Origin: Minisyncoccota bacterium
Lineage (GTDB): Bacteria > Patescibacteriota > Minisyncoccia > Phycocordibacterales > JABAAK01
Assembly (NCBI GenBank): GCA_958295675.1
Contig: OY282360.1
Coordinates: forward strand, 594,026 to 658,025
Length of the DNA stretch: 64,000 nucleotides
Direction of reading: 5' to 3'
The notes beneath the pieces were generated by a model. The model was not told the DNA's origin. It saw only the letters and a list, made by a program, of their open reading frames with translations, and ran no database searches. This document shows, piece by piece, positions 31,696-40,394 of the stretch (position 1 is the stretch's first letter; each line of letters opens with the position of its first letter). The position numbers were made by a program, and so were the translations under genes.

Positions 31696-33006
31696 ATGAA
31701 AGAAAACACTCATGACCTACTCATTCACGGCGGCAAACCGCTTGCAGGAACAATAACAACAAACACATCAAAAAACGGATCAGTGGCATTGCTCTGTGCG
31801 GCACTCATCAATCAGAATAAAACACATGTACGAGGCATAGCGGACATTGAGGAGGTGAAACGCCTTATTGAAGTTATGGAAGATCTTGGTGTCTCGGTAA
31901 CCCGTGAGAACGATACTGTGACCATTGCACCACCAACCACATACAACTTAAACGGCTTGTTTAATAAATCATTTGAACGCATTCGCTCAGGACTAATGCT
32001 TATTCCTGCACTGGCACACAAACACACAACATTCAAACTGCCGGCAGCAGGCGGCTGCAGTATGGGAAAAAGAACAACTATTGCACACACACACGGACTG
32101 GAAAAATTAGGCATTAGCATACAGCGGGAAGAACTGTGTTCTGTTGTCAGTAAAACTGAACCAAAAACCGACACAATTGTGATGTATGAAATGAGTGATA
32201 CAGCAACCGTCAACATGCTCATAGCGGCATCACTGACACCACAGACGACGACAATATCATTCGCATCAGCAAACTATCAGGTGCAGGAGATCTGCTTTTT
32301 TCTGCAGACATTAGGTGTGGAGGTAGAAGGTATCGGCACAAGCACGCTGCATGTGCACGGTATCGGAACCATAGCGAAAGAGGTAACCTATACTAACAGC
32401 GAGGATCCGACCGAGAGCATGGCATTTATCGCCATAGCGGCGACAACAAACTCACCGCTCACTATAACACGCGCGCCGATTAGCTTTCTTGAATTGGAAC
32501 TACTTATTCTGGAGTCCATGGGATTCTCTTTCACACTCTCAAAAGCGTACACATCAGAAAACGGAAAGACAAAATTAGTTGATATAACCATGCGCGAATC
32601 AAACCTCACCGCGCCTGCGGAAAAGATTCACGCGCTTCCCTACCCGGGTATAAATACTGACAACTTACCCTTCTTTGTGCCGATAGCGACACAAGCGAAA
32701 GGAGTAACCCTGATACACGACTGGATGTGGGAAAACCGAGCGATTTATTATACTGAACTTAACCGTCTTGGCGCGAATATCACCCTACTGGACCCGCATC
32801 GCGTGACTATACACGGCAAAACACCCTTGCGTGGCGCGCAAGCCGTCTGCCCGCCGGCGCTCCGTCCGGCAATGATTATCCTCGTCGCAATGCTCGCATC
32901 AGAAGGAACATCAATCCTACGTGATACCTACATCATCCATCGCGGCTACGAGGATATAGTGCAACGCCTCAATACCCTCGGCGCGGATATGAGCGTACTG
33001 AAATAA
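31696..33006 (+). CDS. murA: UDP-N-acetylglucosamine 1-carboxyvinyltransferase (EPT family, MurA-like)
   Basis: 436 aa. N-terminus HGGKPLAGTITTNTSKNGSVAL. AAGGCSMGKRTTIAHTHGLEKLG with a catalytic-type Cys. EPT-fold repeats. Confidence 0.7.
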   Translation: MKENTHDLLIHGGKPLAGTITTNTSKNGSVALLCAALINQNKTHVRGIADIEEVKRLIEVMEDLGVSVTRENDTVTIAPPTTYNLNGLFNKSFERIRSGLMLIPALAHKHTTFKLPAAGGCSMGKRTTIAHTHGLEKLGISIQREELCSVVSKTEPKTDTIVMYEMSDTATVNMLIAASLTPQTTTISFASANYQVQEICFFLQTLGVEVEGIGTSTLHVHGIGTIAKEVTYTNSEDPTESMAFIAIAATTNSPLTITRAPISFLELELLILESMGFSFTLSKAYTSENGKTKLVDITMRESNLTAPAEKIHALPYPGINTDNLPFFVPIATQAKGVTLIHDWMWENRAIYYTELNRLGANITLLDPHRVTIHGKTPLRGAQAVCPPALRPAMIILVAMLASEGTSILRDTYIIHRGYEDIVQRLNTLGADMSVLK

Positions 33007-33169
33007 CCAGCAATATAAAAGAAATAATACTTGACAAGAAAAACTATATTATTTTATAAAAATAATATTGCCAGTACACATATATAATTGTATCGTATGT
33101 GGTATTATATAAATGGATGGTGTTACTGACACCTTGAACACTCAAACCAGACGGCAGGAGGAAAAAGCA

Positions 33170-33724
33170 ATGGCTTGCCGAATTACATGCATCCTTTTCC
33201 TTTCTTTCTTCTTCATCATCAGTTGCTCAACAACTGAAAACCGTGTCCGTGATGTGGAAAACCGTATCCGTGATGTGGAGAAGGAAGCAGAAAAGATAAT
33301 GGAGAACATAGCAATGGACATGGACTTCATAACAGAAACCTTTTGTAGGAACAAGGGGTTTCCGCAACACGACGCTTCAATAACGCTCGGTAGAAATGGC
33401 ATGATTATCAAAAACACTGATTTTCATGTCAATGGCAATATCTACCTTTGTGGGGATGATGCACTCGTCACGATAAAGGGGACACTGCAGGTACAACGCA
33501 TTTACCTGATTGGCAAACGCGTACGAGTGCAAGCAGAACAATTCATTCTGAGTGCACCGATTAGTCGATCGGTGTTTGTCGTTGAAGGCAGCGATGCCAT
33601 GATCATAACCGCTGATCAATTAACAGATCCGGCGGTATTACAAGCATGGCAAGAAAAATCTCCAAGACGTTATGGCGTCAACAACATCAAAATGAGACGA
33701 AAGTTCGTTCATTTCAACAGGTAG
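33170..33724 (+). CDS. Putative lipoprotein with short ENRVRDVE repeats
   Basis: Strong SD GGAGG. N-terminus MACRITCILFLSFFFIISCSTT, lipobox-like IISC. Bidirectional terminator downstream. Confidence 0.45.
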   Translation: MACRITCILFLSFFFIISCSTTENRVRDVENRIRDVEKEAEKIMENIAMDMDFITETFCRNKGFPQHDASITLGRNGMIIKNTDFHVNGNIYLCGDDALVTIKGTLQVQRIYLIGKRVRVQAEQFILSAPISRSVFVVEGSDAMIITADQLTDPAVLQAWQEKSPRRYGVNNIKMRRKFVHFNR

Positions 33725-33737
33725 AAGAATTCGCATA

Positions 33738-33780
33738 ACCCCCTTTTTTTACTTCAAGTGAGAAAAGGGGGGTTCTTTTG
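33738..33780. terminator. Bidirectional hairpin terminator (AACCCCCTTTTTTT...AAAAGGGGGGTT plus T-run)
   Basis: G/C-rich stem flanked by T/A runs on both sides. Sits between the lipoprotein gene (+) and the tRNA cluster (-). Confidence 0.5.
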
Positions 33781-33787
33781 TATCAAA

Positions 33788-33870
33788 GAAAACAGAGGAC
33801 TCGAACCTCCATGGGTTGCCCCACCGTCTCCTAAGACCGGCGCGTCTACCCGTGCCGTCAATCTTTGATT
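33788..33870 (-). pseudogene. tRNA-Leu-derived pseudo-tRNA fragment
   Basis: About 57 nt (part of the D-arm, anticodon arm, variable arm and T-arm) is near-identical to the adjacent tRNA-Leu(TAG). There is no complementary acceptor stem and the D-stem pairing is broken. Confidence 0.35.
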
Positions 33871-33910
33871 GATGCTGACAAGCAGTCGCCACAGGTGGCG
33901 GAAGTATCAG

Positions 33911-33992
33911 GTGCCGAGGAGAGGACTCGAACCTCCATGGGTTGCCCCACCGGTTCCTAAGACCGGCGCGTCTACCAATTCCGCCACCTCGG
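33911..33992 (-). tRNA. tRNA-Leu (anticodon TAG), long variable arm
   Basis: GCCGAGGTGGCGGAATTGGTAGACGC...CCGGTCTTAGGAACCGG...GGAGGTTCGAGTCCTC...CCTCGGCA. Anticodon loop CTTAGGA. Confidence 0.85.
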
Positions 33993-33997
33993 CATAG

Positions 33998-34070
33998 TCC
34001 GCCCACTAGGATTCGAACCTAGGACCCACCGGTTAAGAGCCGGTTGCTCTACCAACTGAGCTATGGGCGG
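33998..34070 (-). tRNA. tRNA-Lys (anticodon CTT)
   Basis: CCGCCCATAGCTCAGTTGGTAGAGC...ACCGGCTCTTAACCGGT...CTAGGTTCGAATCCTAG...TGGGCGGA. Anticodon loop CTCTTAA. Confidence 0.8.
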
Positions 34071-34244
34071 TAAGCACAGTAATACTATACAATAGAGCAC
34101 ATAAAAAATAAAAAAGATTTAAAAACTGAGTGTATTACAAAATCTAACCTATACACAAACTATACAATCACTCAATATTAAATCGTATGCATCCATCCAT
34201 TTAGCACTGAAAAACAGTTACCACGAAACGACAGGATCGCCGAG

Positions 34245-34327
34245 TGCCGGAGGCGGGAATCGAACCCGCACACCCCGAGGGTACACGATTTTAAGTCGTG
34301 AGCGTCTACCAATTCCGCCACTCCGGC
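34245..34327 (-). tRNA. tRNA-Leu (anticodon TAA), long variable arm
   Basis: GCCGGAGTGGCGGAATTGGTAGACGC...CACGACTTAAAATCGTG...GCGGGTTCGATTCCCGC...CTCCGGCA. Confidence 0.85.
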
Positions 34328-34397
34328 TTTATAAAATACTATAACACTTTGTACGAATCATATAGAATATATAAACTTACTTTCGGTTCTTTTAGAT

Positions 34398-34441
34398 TCT
34401 AAAAAAACAAACCCCACAGGAGCGAACTCCTGTGGGGGTTT
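34398..34441 (-). terminator. Rho-independent terminator downstream of secreted paralog A1
   Basis: AAACCCCACAGG..CCTGTGGGGGTTT hairpin with T-run on the minus strand. Confidence 0.55.
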
Positions 34442-34462
34442 GGGTTTGGTGAAGGCGACGAC

Positions 34463-35194
34463 CTACTCCGACGTGTTGAAGAACACATAGCCGGGGTTGG
34501 GTACACCATCAAGTGCCGCGGCTGCCCTGTTGGCAAGATCTCGCTCTGCAAGAGTCGCATCAACCTGAGCGGCAAGCATGGCGAGTCGCTCTTGATCAAG
34601 CCGCGCCATCTCAAGATTGGCGCCGTTGTCAAAGTCAGCCGAAACAGGGTCCTCCTGCTTGTGCGGGAAAGATTGCCCTTGGTCGGCACCGGTCGTCACA
34701 TCACCTACAGACCTGGCAACATGAGCTGCGAGAGCCCGCTCACCGGTGTTCTCAAGCAGCGCACTAGCGTTGATCTTGTCTCCGCCAACAATGTGCACTC
34801 CCGGAGGAGTGTCGAAGAGATCTTCTTCGGCAACAGACCGACGACCGTCAATCCACTCGATGGTCGCTACCCGAAGGGCATGGTTCCAACCGCGCGTTCC
34901 AGGGCGAACCCGGTACTTGGAGTCACTCAGATACGTACTCCAAGTCGCGGTGACATCACGAGCACTCACCCGATCCTGCGGACCAAGTTGCCGATTGCTG
35001 CCGGTCAGCGCGTAGATCGCGTTGGCGGTTTCCCGCGTGATCTTCGAAGAGCCGGACGGCACCTTGGAATCGAAAGAGACCGCGAGCTCGGTGTTGAGGG
35101 CAGAGATCGTTTGTGCCTTTCCGTAGTCCCCTTGCCCCGCAAAAGCGGTAGCACCGAAGAGAACGGCGATGAAAAGGAAAAGTAGTTTGCGCAT
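34463..35194 (-). CDS. Secreted protein, island family A (paralog A1)
   Basis: SD AAGGAG. Signal peptide MRKLLFLFIAVLFGATAFAGQ. Shares the IxGGDxIN...LENTGERALAAH...TTGADQ module with the other three paralogs. High GC. Confidence 0.6.
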   Translation of the reverse strand: MRKLLFLFIAVLFGATAFAGQGDYGKAQTISALNTELAVSFDSKVPSGSSKITRETANAIYALTGSNRQLGPQDRVSARDVTATWSTYLSDSKYRVRPGTRGWNHALRVATIEWIDGRRSVAEEDLFDTPPGVHIVGGDKINASALLENTGERALAAHVARSVGDVTTGADQGQSFPHKQEDPVSADFDNGANLEMARLDQERLAMLAAQVDATLAERDLANRAAAALDGVPNPGYVFFNTSE

Positions 35195-35559
35195 TTCAGC
35201 ACTCCTTTTGTTTACGGGGTAGGTTAAGTAAAACGGCTGAGTGAATCACTCTTCCGCTCTGTTTGGTAGATTAGAGAGATGTTACACACACGGTGTTGAA
35301 CTCCCAACCCTGCCCAAATCTACTGTGTAGTATAGAGAAAAAAATACTCTTGTCAAGACCACCCAAAGAATAGACAATAATAGATTATTATTTTATAATA
35401 AAACACACCTATACACACGATAAAATATGTGGTGTAGTGTATGGAATAGCATATACATAAAAAATCAATCCTCTATGAAAGTAAACTTCCATAGAGGATT
35501 GTGAGATCTCCTACTCCGCCGGTGCATCACCAGCAGGCATAGAACCACCGACTGCACGA
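35171..35559. repeat. 389-bp junction cassette, copy 1: 3' tail of gene B, terminator, AT-rich promoter region, SD, and first ~8 codons of gene A1
   Basis: Essentially identical to 36070-36456. Confidence 0.8.
35456..35501 (-). terminator. Rho-independent terminator inside junction cassette copy 1
   Basis: CAATCCTCTATG..CATAGAGGATTG 12-bp stem plus T-run on the minus strand, just after the gene B stop. Confidence 0.6.
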
Positions 35560-36092
35560 GCAACCGGATTGGTGCCGCCCAGTTCCCGCATCATGTCCCC
35601 GGCGGGGAAACATTGAGGCGTGCGCACGCTGCGATTGACGAGGAATTCAAAGTACCGCCGAGCCGTATCAAGTCTGGCCAAATCGGCACCACCCTCTATC
35701 AACTGCACAAACTCCTCAGCGCGCTTCTGCAGCACAAGCGGAGGAATCTCCGTGCCGCTGAGACAGGCCTTCACATCCTCGGTACTGGCATTTGCCATCC
35801 ACCGGGCATAGGCATCAAGCCCATCGTCAACGCGCTTGTAGATCGTGATCGCCCCACCGGAGTTCACGACGGCACCGAAGACGGCGTCATCTCCCACATT
35901 GCGAGCGGTGCCGTCGATTTCGGACCCTTGAACGATTTCCGCGCTGCCGCCGCGTTTTGCAACGGATTCGACCATCTTCGCCGCATCTGCGCTTTCCAGA
36001 ACGAACTGGAAACTGACAGTCGGTTCAGCAACCGCAGCAGTGCCAATGCCGAGAGAGAGAACGGCGGTGAAAAGGAAAAGTAGTTTGCGCAT
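35511..36092 (-). CDS. Secreted protein, island gene B. Shares its signal-peptide start and its GGSMPAGDAPAE C-terminal tail with paralog A2 via the cassette
   Basis: Signal peptide MRKLLFLFTAVLSLGIGTAAVA. Unique ~160-aa body. The 5' and 3' ends lie inside the repeated cassettes. Confidence 0.55.
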   Translation of the reverse strand: MRKLLFLFTAVLSLGIGTAAVAEPTVSFQFVLESADAAKMVESVAKRGGSAEIVQGSEIDGTARNVGDDAVFGAVVNSGGAITIYKRVDDGLDAYARWMANASTEDVKACLSGTEIPPLVLQKRAEEFVQLIEGGADLARLDTARRYFEFLVNRSVRTPQCFPAGDMMRELGGTNPVARAVGGSMPAGDAPAE

Positions 36093-36456
36093 TTCAGCAC
36101 TCCTTTTGTTTACGGGGTAGGTTAAGTAAAACGGCTGAGTGAATCACTCTTCCGCTCTGTTTGGTAGATTAGAGAGATGTTACACACACGGTGTTGAACT
36201 CCCAACCCTGCCCAAATCTACTGTGTAGTATAGAGAAAAAAATACTCTTGTCAAGACCACCCAAAGAATAGACAATAATAGATTATTATTTTATAATAAA
36301 ACACACCTATACACACGATAAAATATGTGGTGTAGTGTATGGAATAGCATATACATAAAAAATCAATCCTCTATGAAAGTAAACTTCCATAGAGGATTGT
36401 GAGATCTCCTACTCCGCCGGTGCATCACCAGCAGGCATAGAACCACCGGTCGTCAT
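36070..36456. repeat. 389-bp junction cassette, copy 2
   Basis: Near-identical to 35171-35559. Contains the 3' tail of A2, a terminator, a promoter region and the 5' start of gene B. Confidence 0.8.
36354..36399 (-). terminator. Rho-independent terminator inside junction cassette copy 2
   Basis: Same 12-bp hairpin and T-run as copy 1. Confidence 0.6.
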
Positions 36457-36948
36457 GTCATCTGCAGACCTGAGAACATGAGCTGCGAGAGCCCGCTCAC
36501 CGGTGTTCTCAACCCGCGCAGTAGGGTTGATCTTGTCTCCGCCAACAATGTGCAATCCCGGAGGAGTGTCGAAGAGATCTTCTTCGGCAACAGACCGACG
36601 ACCGTCAATCCACTCGATGGTCGCTACCCGAAGGGCATGGTTCCAACCGCGCGTTCCAGGGCGAACCCGGTACTTGGAGTCACTCAGATACGTACTCCAA
36701 GTCGCGGTGACATCACGAGCACTCACCCGATCCTGCGGACCAAGTTGCCGATTGCTGCCGGTCAGCGCGTAGATCGCGTTGGCGGTTTCCCGCGTGATCT
36801 TCGAAGAGCCGGACGGCACCTTGGAATCGAAAGAGACCGCGAGCTCGGTGTTGAGGGCAGAGATCGTTTGTGCCTTTCCGTAGTCCCCTTGCCCCGCAAA
36901 AGCGGTAGCACCGAAGAGAACGGCGATGAAAAGAATTACATTACGCAT
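36409..36948 (-). CDS. Secreted protein, island family A (paralog A2); chimera of the A1 body with the gene B C-terminal tail
   Basis: Residues ~8-150 identical to A1; DNA 36470-36925 near-identical to 34715-35170. The C-terminus switches to ...TTGGSMPAGDAPAE, the same tail as gene B. Own SD AAGGAG. Confidence 0.55.
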   Translation of the reverse strand: MRNVILFIAVLFGATAFAGQGDYGKAQTISALNTELAVSFDSKVPSGSSKITRETANAIYALTGSNRQLGPQDRVSARDVTATWSTYLSDSKYRVRPGTRGWNHALRVATIEWIDGRRSVAEEDLFDTPPGLHIVGGDKINPTARVENTGERALAAHVLRSADDMTTGGSMPAGDAPAE

Positions 36949-37085
36949 GTATGTCTCCTTGTAAGTTAGTTAATAAGGATGGAAGGGTCTCAAAGTATGG
37001 ATGAGTACTACCCTTCAACATCCAACCCTAAAAAGATTTTAGCAAATAAAATATGAATTGTCAACTACAGTAGTATATAAATTTC

Positions 37086-37131
37086 AAAAAGACAAAAATA
37101 AACCCTGTGGGATGTGTATCCCACAGGGTTT
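37086..37131 (-). terminator. Rho-independent terminator downstream of paralog A3
   Basis: AAACCCTGTGGGAT..ATCCCACAGGGTTT hairpin plus T-run on the minus strand. Confidence 0.55.
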
Positions 37132-37143
37132 AACAACCAACCA

Positions 37144-38376
37144 CTAGCGATCGCTCTCGCCGCAGTAAACGACTGAATCTACCCGTTCACCATCAGAGTT
37201 AGTATACGATCTTGTACACAAACGCTGTGTGTAAACAGATTCCCTCCTCATCGTCATAGGGTTAAAATCGCTTGCTACACTGATGTCAACCTTACACGCC
37301 TTCGGATTACTTTCAACAACGAGTCCCACAACTGTGGAGTCGTCGTTTATGTTAAGTGCCTGCATCTGATCTACTGAAACGGAGTAAGCGCTCCCACAGA
37401 CACGAATCGGATTTTTCCGAAGATCACCGATAAAGCGACTCAAGGACATCTGATCAGTCCAACGTATATACAGTCGACATTGTTTTTCTTCTGTATTGAC
37501 AAGCGCACCGATGACCTTACCGTTGTTGCCTCTATTAGCGATAACGCTATCGTTCATGACAACATTGTAAGAGTCCCGACAAAATTCAATCAATGGATTG
37601 TTGACGGAGGGTTTGCGACTGATTTCCGCTACAGCTGCAACAACAGCACTCTCACCATCATTTGCAACAATGGTGTTTGCTATACTGTGCCCGCCAACAA
37701 TGATCAAATGAGATCCACTCTCTGAATCAGTAAGTGAACTTTTAGCAGACAAGATGTGTTCTAGCACAGCATCAATCCCAACATCACCACCAAGTCCATC
37801 AAAAACTGAAGTTCTCTTAGGCAGATATGTAGGTTGAGCATCAGAACCTGATCGCGGCTGATCAGCACCAGTCGTCACATCTCCAGCCCTGAAAATATGA
37901 GCTGCGAGAGCCCGCTCACCGGTGTTCTCAAGCTGCGCAGTAGAGTTGATCCGATCTCCGCCAATAATGGTCAGTTTTGGAGGGGGTTTGAGGAGATCTG
38001 CTTCAGCAGTAGCGTGAAAACTCATCGCCCATTGCACGATGGCCCTACGGGCGTCGGAGTCCAGTCGCCTGGATCCAGGATTCACATCCGTGAACCCCTG
38101 ATTGCGAAGGAAGGAAGTCAAAAGAGAAAATGTGTCCTCTTTTCGGAACCGCTGATCACTAGTCAACGGTTCCATACCCGCAAGGGTACGGACAGCATTC
38201 GCTGTTTCACGGCTGACAACGGGAGACCCTGCCTGAACAGACGGATCCACGAACTCAGACAGTGCTGTGTTGAGGACGCTTATCGCTCCTCGATTGCCAA
38301 CATCGTTAGCAACTGCGGCAGGACCGCTGAGAGCCATAGCGAATGCTACGGCGAAAGAGAGAATTGCTTTACGCAT
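37144..38376 (-). CDS. Secreted protein, island family A (paralog A3), with an internally duplicated GG-x-I-x-T...G-E-x-A module and a Cys-containing C-terminal domain
   Basis: SD GGAGG, 9 nt before the ATG at 38376. Signal peptide MRKAILSFAVAFAMALSGPAAVA. Motifs LTIIGGDRINSTAQLENTGERALAAHIF and LIIVGGHSIANTIVANDGESAVVAAV. Confidence 0.55.
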   Translation of the reverse strand: MRKAILSFAVAFAMALSGPAAVANDVGNRGAISVLNTALSEFVDPSVQAGSPVVSRETANAVRTLAGMEPLTSDQRFRKEDTFSLLTSFLRNQGFTDVNPGSRRLDSDARRAIVQWAMSFHATAEADLLKPPPKLTIIGGDRINSTAQLENTGERALAAHIFRAGDVTTGADQPRSGSDAQPTYLPKRTSVFDGLGGDVGIDAVLEHILSAKSSLTDSESGSHLIIVGGHSIANTIVANDGESAVVAAVAEISRKPSVNNPLIEFCRDSYNVVMNDSVIANRGNNGKVIGALVNTEEKQCRLYIRWTDQMSLSRFIGDLRKNPIRVCGSAYSVSVDQMQALNINDDSTVVGLVVESNPKACKVDISVASDFNPMTMRRESVYTQRLCTRSYTNSDGERVDSVVYCGESDR

Positions 38377-38535
38377 TTGTTGCTCCTCCAATAAAAACCA
38401 AATTTCCACATGTAAGATGGAAATCCCTATTTATATAATAACACTTTATTTGTAAAAGTCAAATAATAAAAAAGAGAGCGCTGCTTGCATATTTCAGCAA
38501 ACAACGCTCTTGAGAAGTCCGGCTAGACAGGTTGT

Positions 38536-39522
38536 CTAAATCGAAGCTTGCCGAAGCAGAGGCGCAGACGGCACACCTCTCAGTCCAAGTGTCTTCAAAA
38601 AGTCAAGAGGAATACCGGCGAACAAAAAACTTCCCGGATTCAGGTAGTTATCTTCCAAGCGTCCGCCGCCTGATCTCTCAGCTCTGTGTTCCCATCCCTC
38701 TATGACATACGGAATGGTGAGACAGTAGTCAAACGCTATGTCCCACTCCACATTCTGCAGATTTGTCACGCAAGTCCCGGAATCTACCCGCTCGTACCCG
38801 TCAACAGGACCGGAGATCGCTCGACGAATGACAGGGTTATCTCCACCGCTAAATGCAGCAAGGTACTTCTGCGCAAGACGATCCCTCTCTTCCATACCTG
38901 GTTTGGCAAAGAACATTTCGTAGTTCCGTCCTGCTCTTACCACCTTCTGATGCCACTTCAAGACGACGCATCTATAGGCATGCCTATAGTCATCCGTCAG
39001 CGGATTACTCACAATTGGCCTCCGAAAACCAGAAGATGTTGAGTACCATCCTTGAGAAGATGTATCAAGGGAAAGGTCAACACGAACAATCTCCGGACAA
39101 GCCGGTGGCATACCAATCGGTTGCAACCCTACATCCTCTAAAACAGCTGCTGCTGGTACAACTTCTGCCAAAGGAATGTCTTTCGGAAGAGGTGGGAGTT
39201 GGAGTGAAGGTGGAGTAACGGCAACGGTGTGATGCTCACGCACCACATCAAACTGATTGGCGAACAGCATGATCACCAACAGAACCAGACCAGTGATCAC
39301 CGCAATGACCACTGACTTCCGATTGCGTTCCCACCAAGTCAGATGACGGGGCCGATACGGTTGCCGTCGTCGGTTTTGGTGTTGGTTTCTACGACCACCA
39401 CCAGGTCTGACGACAATTTGGGGGGGTCTGGTATATGCCTTGTACACCACACACCCCAAGCCCACTACTGCAAGTGTCACCAATAGAAGCACTACGATGA
39501 CGACAATTTGAAAAAAATCCAT
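38536..39522 (-). CDS. Two-TM membrane protein with an Arg-rich cytoplasmic loop and a ~250-aa extracytoplasmic domain
   Basis: Strong SD AAGGAGG. TM1 IVVIVVLLLVTLAVVGLGCVV. Loop RPGGGRRNQHQNRRRQPYRPR. TM2 VVIAVITGLVLLVIMLF. Confidence 0.5.
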   Translation of the reverse strand: MDFFQIVVIVVLLLVTLAVVGLGCVVYKAYTRPPQIVVRPGGGRRNQHQNRRRQPYRPRHLTWWERNRKSVVIAVITGLVLLVIMLFANQFDVVREHHTVAVTPPSLQLPPLPKDIPLAEVVPAAAVLEDVGLQPIGMPPACPEIVRVDLSLDTSSQGWYSTSSGFRRPIVSNPLTDDYRHAYRCVVLKWHQKVVRAGRNYEMFFAKPGMEERDRLAQKYLAAFSGGDNPVIRRAISGPVDGYERVDSGTCVTNLQNVEWDIAFDYCLTIPYVIEGWEHRAERSGGGRLEDNYLNPGSFLFAGIPLDFLKTLGLRGVPSAPLLRQASI

Positions 39523-39651
39523 GTGCTTTCCTCCTTATGAAACAAAACAGATTTCCAAATATAGTATACAATAAAATAAAAAATAATGCAAGTATTGCCC
39601 TTCTCCGACCTCATTTTAACATTGATTTCCGCTTAAAGCTAATTCTGTACT

Positions 39652-40290
39652 CTATTCATCCGTCCTTTTTATCCATTCATCAATTAGGCTATTCTTTGTT
39701 GAAGGATCAGAGTCTTTATACTGTTCAGATATCTGACTCAATTGCGCAATTGCAGTACTTTGCTGTGCAGGTGATAAACTACGCAAATGAGTAATTGCAG
39801 CACTTTGGTGTGCTGAAGATAGACTATTCCAATGTGTAACGGAACTTCCAAGATGAGCAAGTGAACCTGGTACTTGGTGGACAACCGAACCAGCAGCAGG
39901 AGATCCACGAGGCAGGCGTAAAGATTCAATATTGGTATTTCCTGCGTTTCCGGGACCACCACTACCTGAACCGAGTAAAATAAGTCCTAAAAAGTATACA
40001 AGACCCCAAATGCTGGTCAGGACAAAAATGGCAAGCAGTCCCCAAAATATCTTCTTTTTTGCTTCATCTAAACCCTCTTTACCTCCTCCGGTATTCAAAA
40101 TAAAGGTCGCAAGATTCCAAAAGAAAAAAAGAAAGGCACAACCAACCGCAATTATAACCAGCAAATTTACAATGTTTATAAAACTAGAAAGAATATTAAT
40201 AATCCTGCCCACTTCCGCAGCGGCGGTCTGCGCAGATGCAATAGGTGCTGCTAGTATGCCGATACAAGAGAGTACAATATACGATGCCAT
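39652..40290 (-). CDS. Pilin-like small membrane protein P1 (VirB2/TrbC-like layout) with a Ser/His/Leu-rich repetitive C-terminal extension
   Basis: Signal peptide MASYIVLSCIGILAAPIASAQT. TM FLFFFWNLATFIL. Loop NTGGGKEGLDEAKKK. TM IFWGLLAIFVLTSIWGLVYF. Paralogous to P3. Confidence 0.5.
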   Translation of the reverse strand: MASYIVLSCIGILAAPIASAQTAAAEVGRIINILSSFINIVNLLVIIAVGCAFLFFFWNLATFILNTGGGKEGLDEAKKKIFWGLLAIFVLTSIWGLVYFLGLILLGSGSGGPGNAGNTNIESLRLPRGSPAAGSVVHQVPGSLAHLGSSVTHWNSLSSAHQSAAITHLRSLSPAQQSTAIAQLSQISEQYKDSDPSTKNSLIDEWIKRTDE

Positions 40291-40394
40291 ATACGAGAAG
40301 TATACTATATAGACATAACAAGAATGTTGGTTATAAACAAAAAATTATGACCGTAACAGTGGGATAAACCACTGCTACGGTCATGGAATGTGCG

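Noticed and set aside
33749-34006. ORF 33749-34006 (85 aa, with RRAGLRxRWGNPWRFESS repeated twice)
   Set aside because: It is the translation of two adjacent tRNA-Leu-like sequences. The repeat in the peptide reflects the duplicated tRNA, not a gene.
34513-38394. Plus-strand ORFs antisense to the secreted paralogs (34592-35185, 35613-36083, 36478-36969, 37897-38394; recurring MSCESPLTGVL...)
   Set aside because: High GC suppresses stop codons, and the repeats make the same shadow ORF recur. The minus-strand genes have SD sequences, signal peptides and terminators. The plus-strand ones have none.
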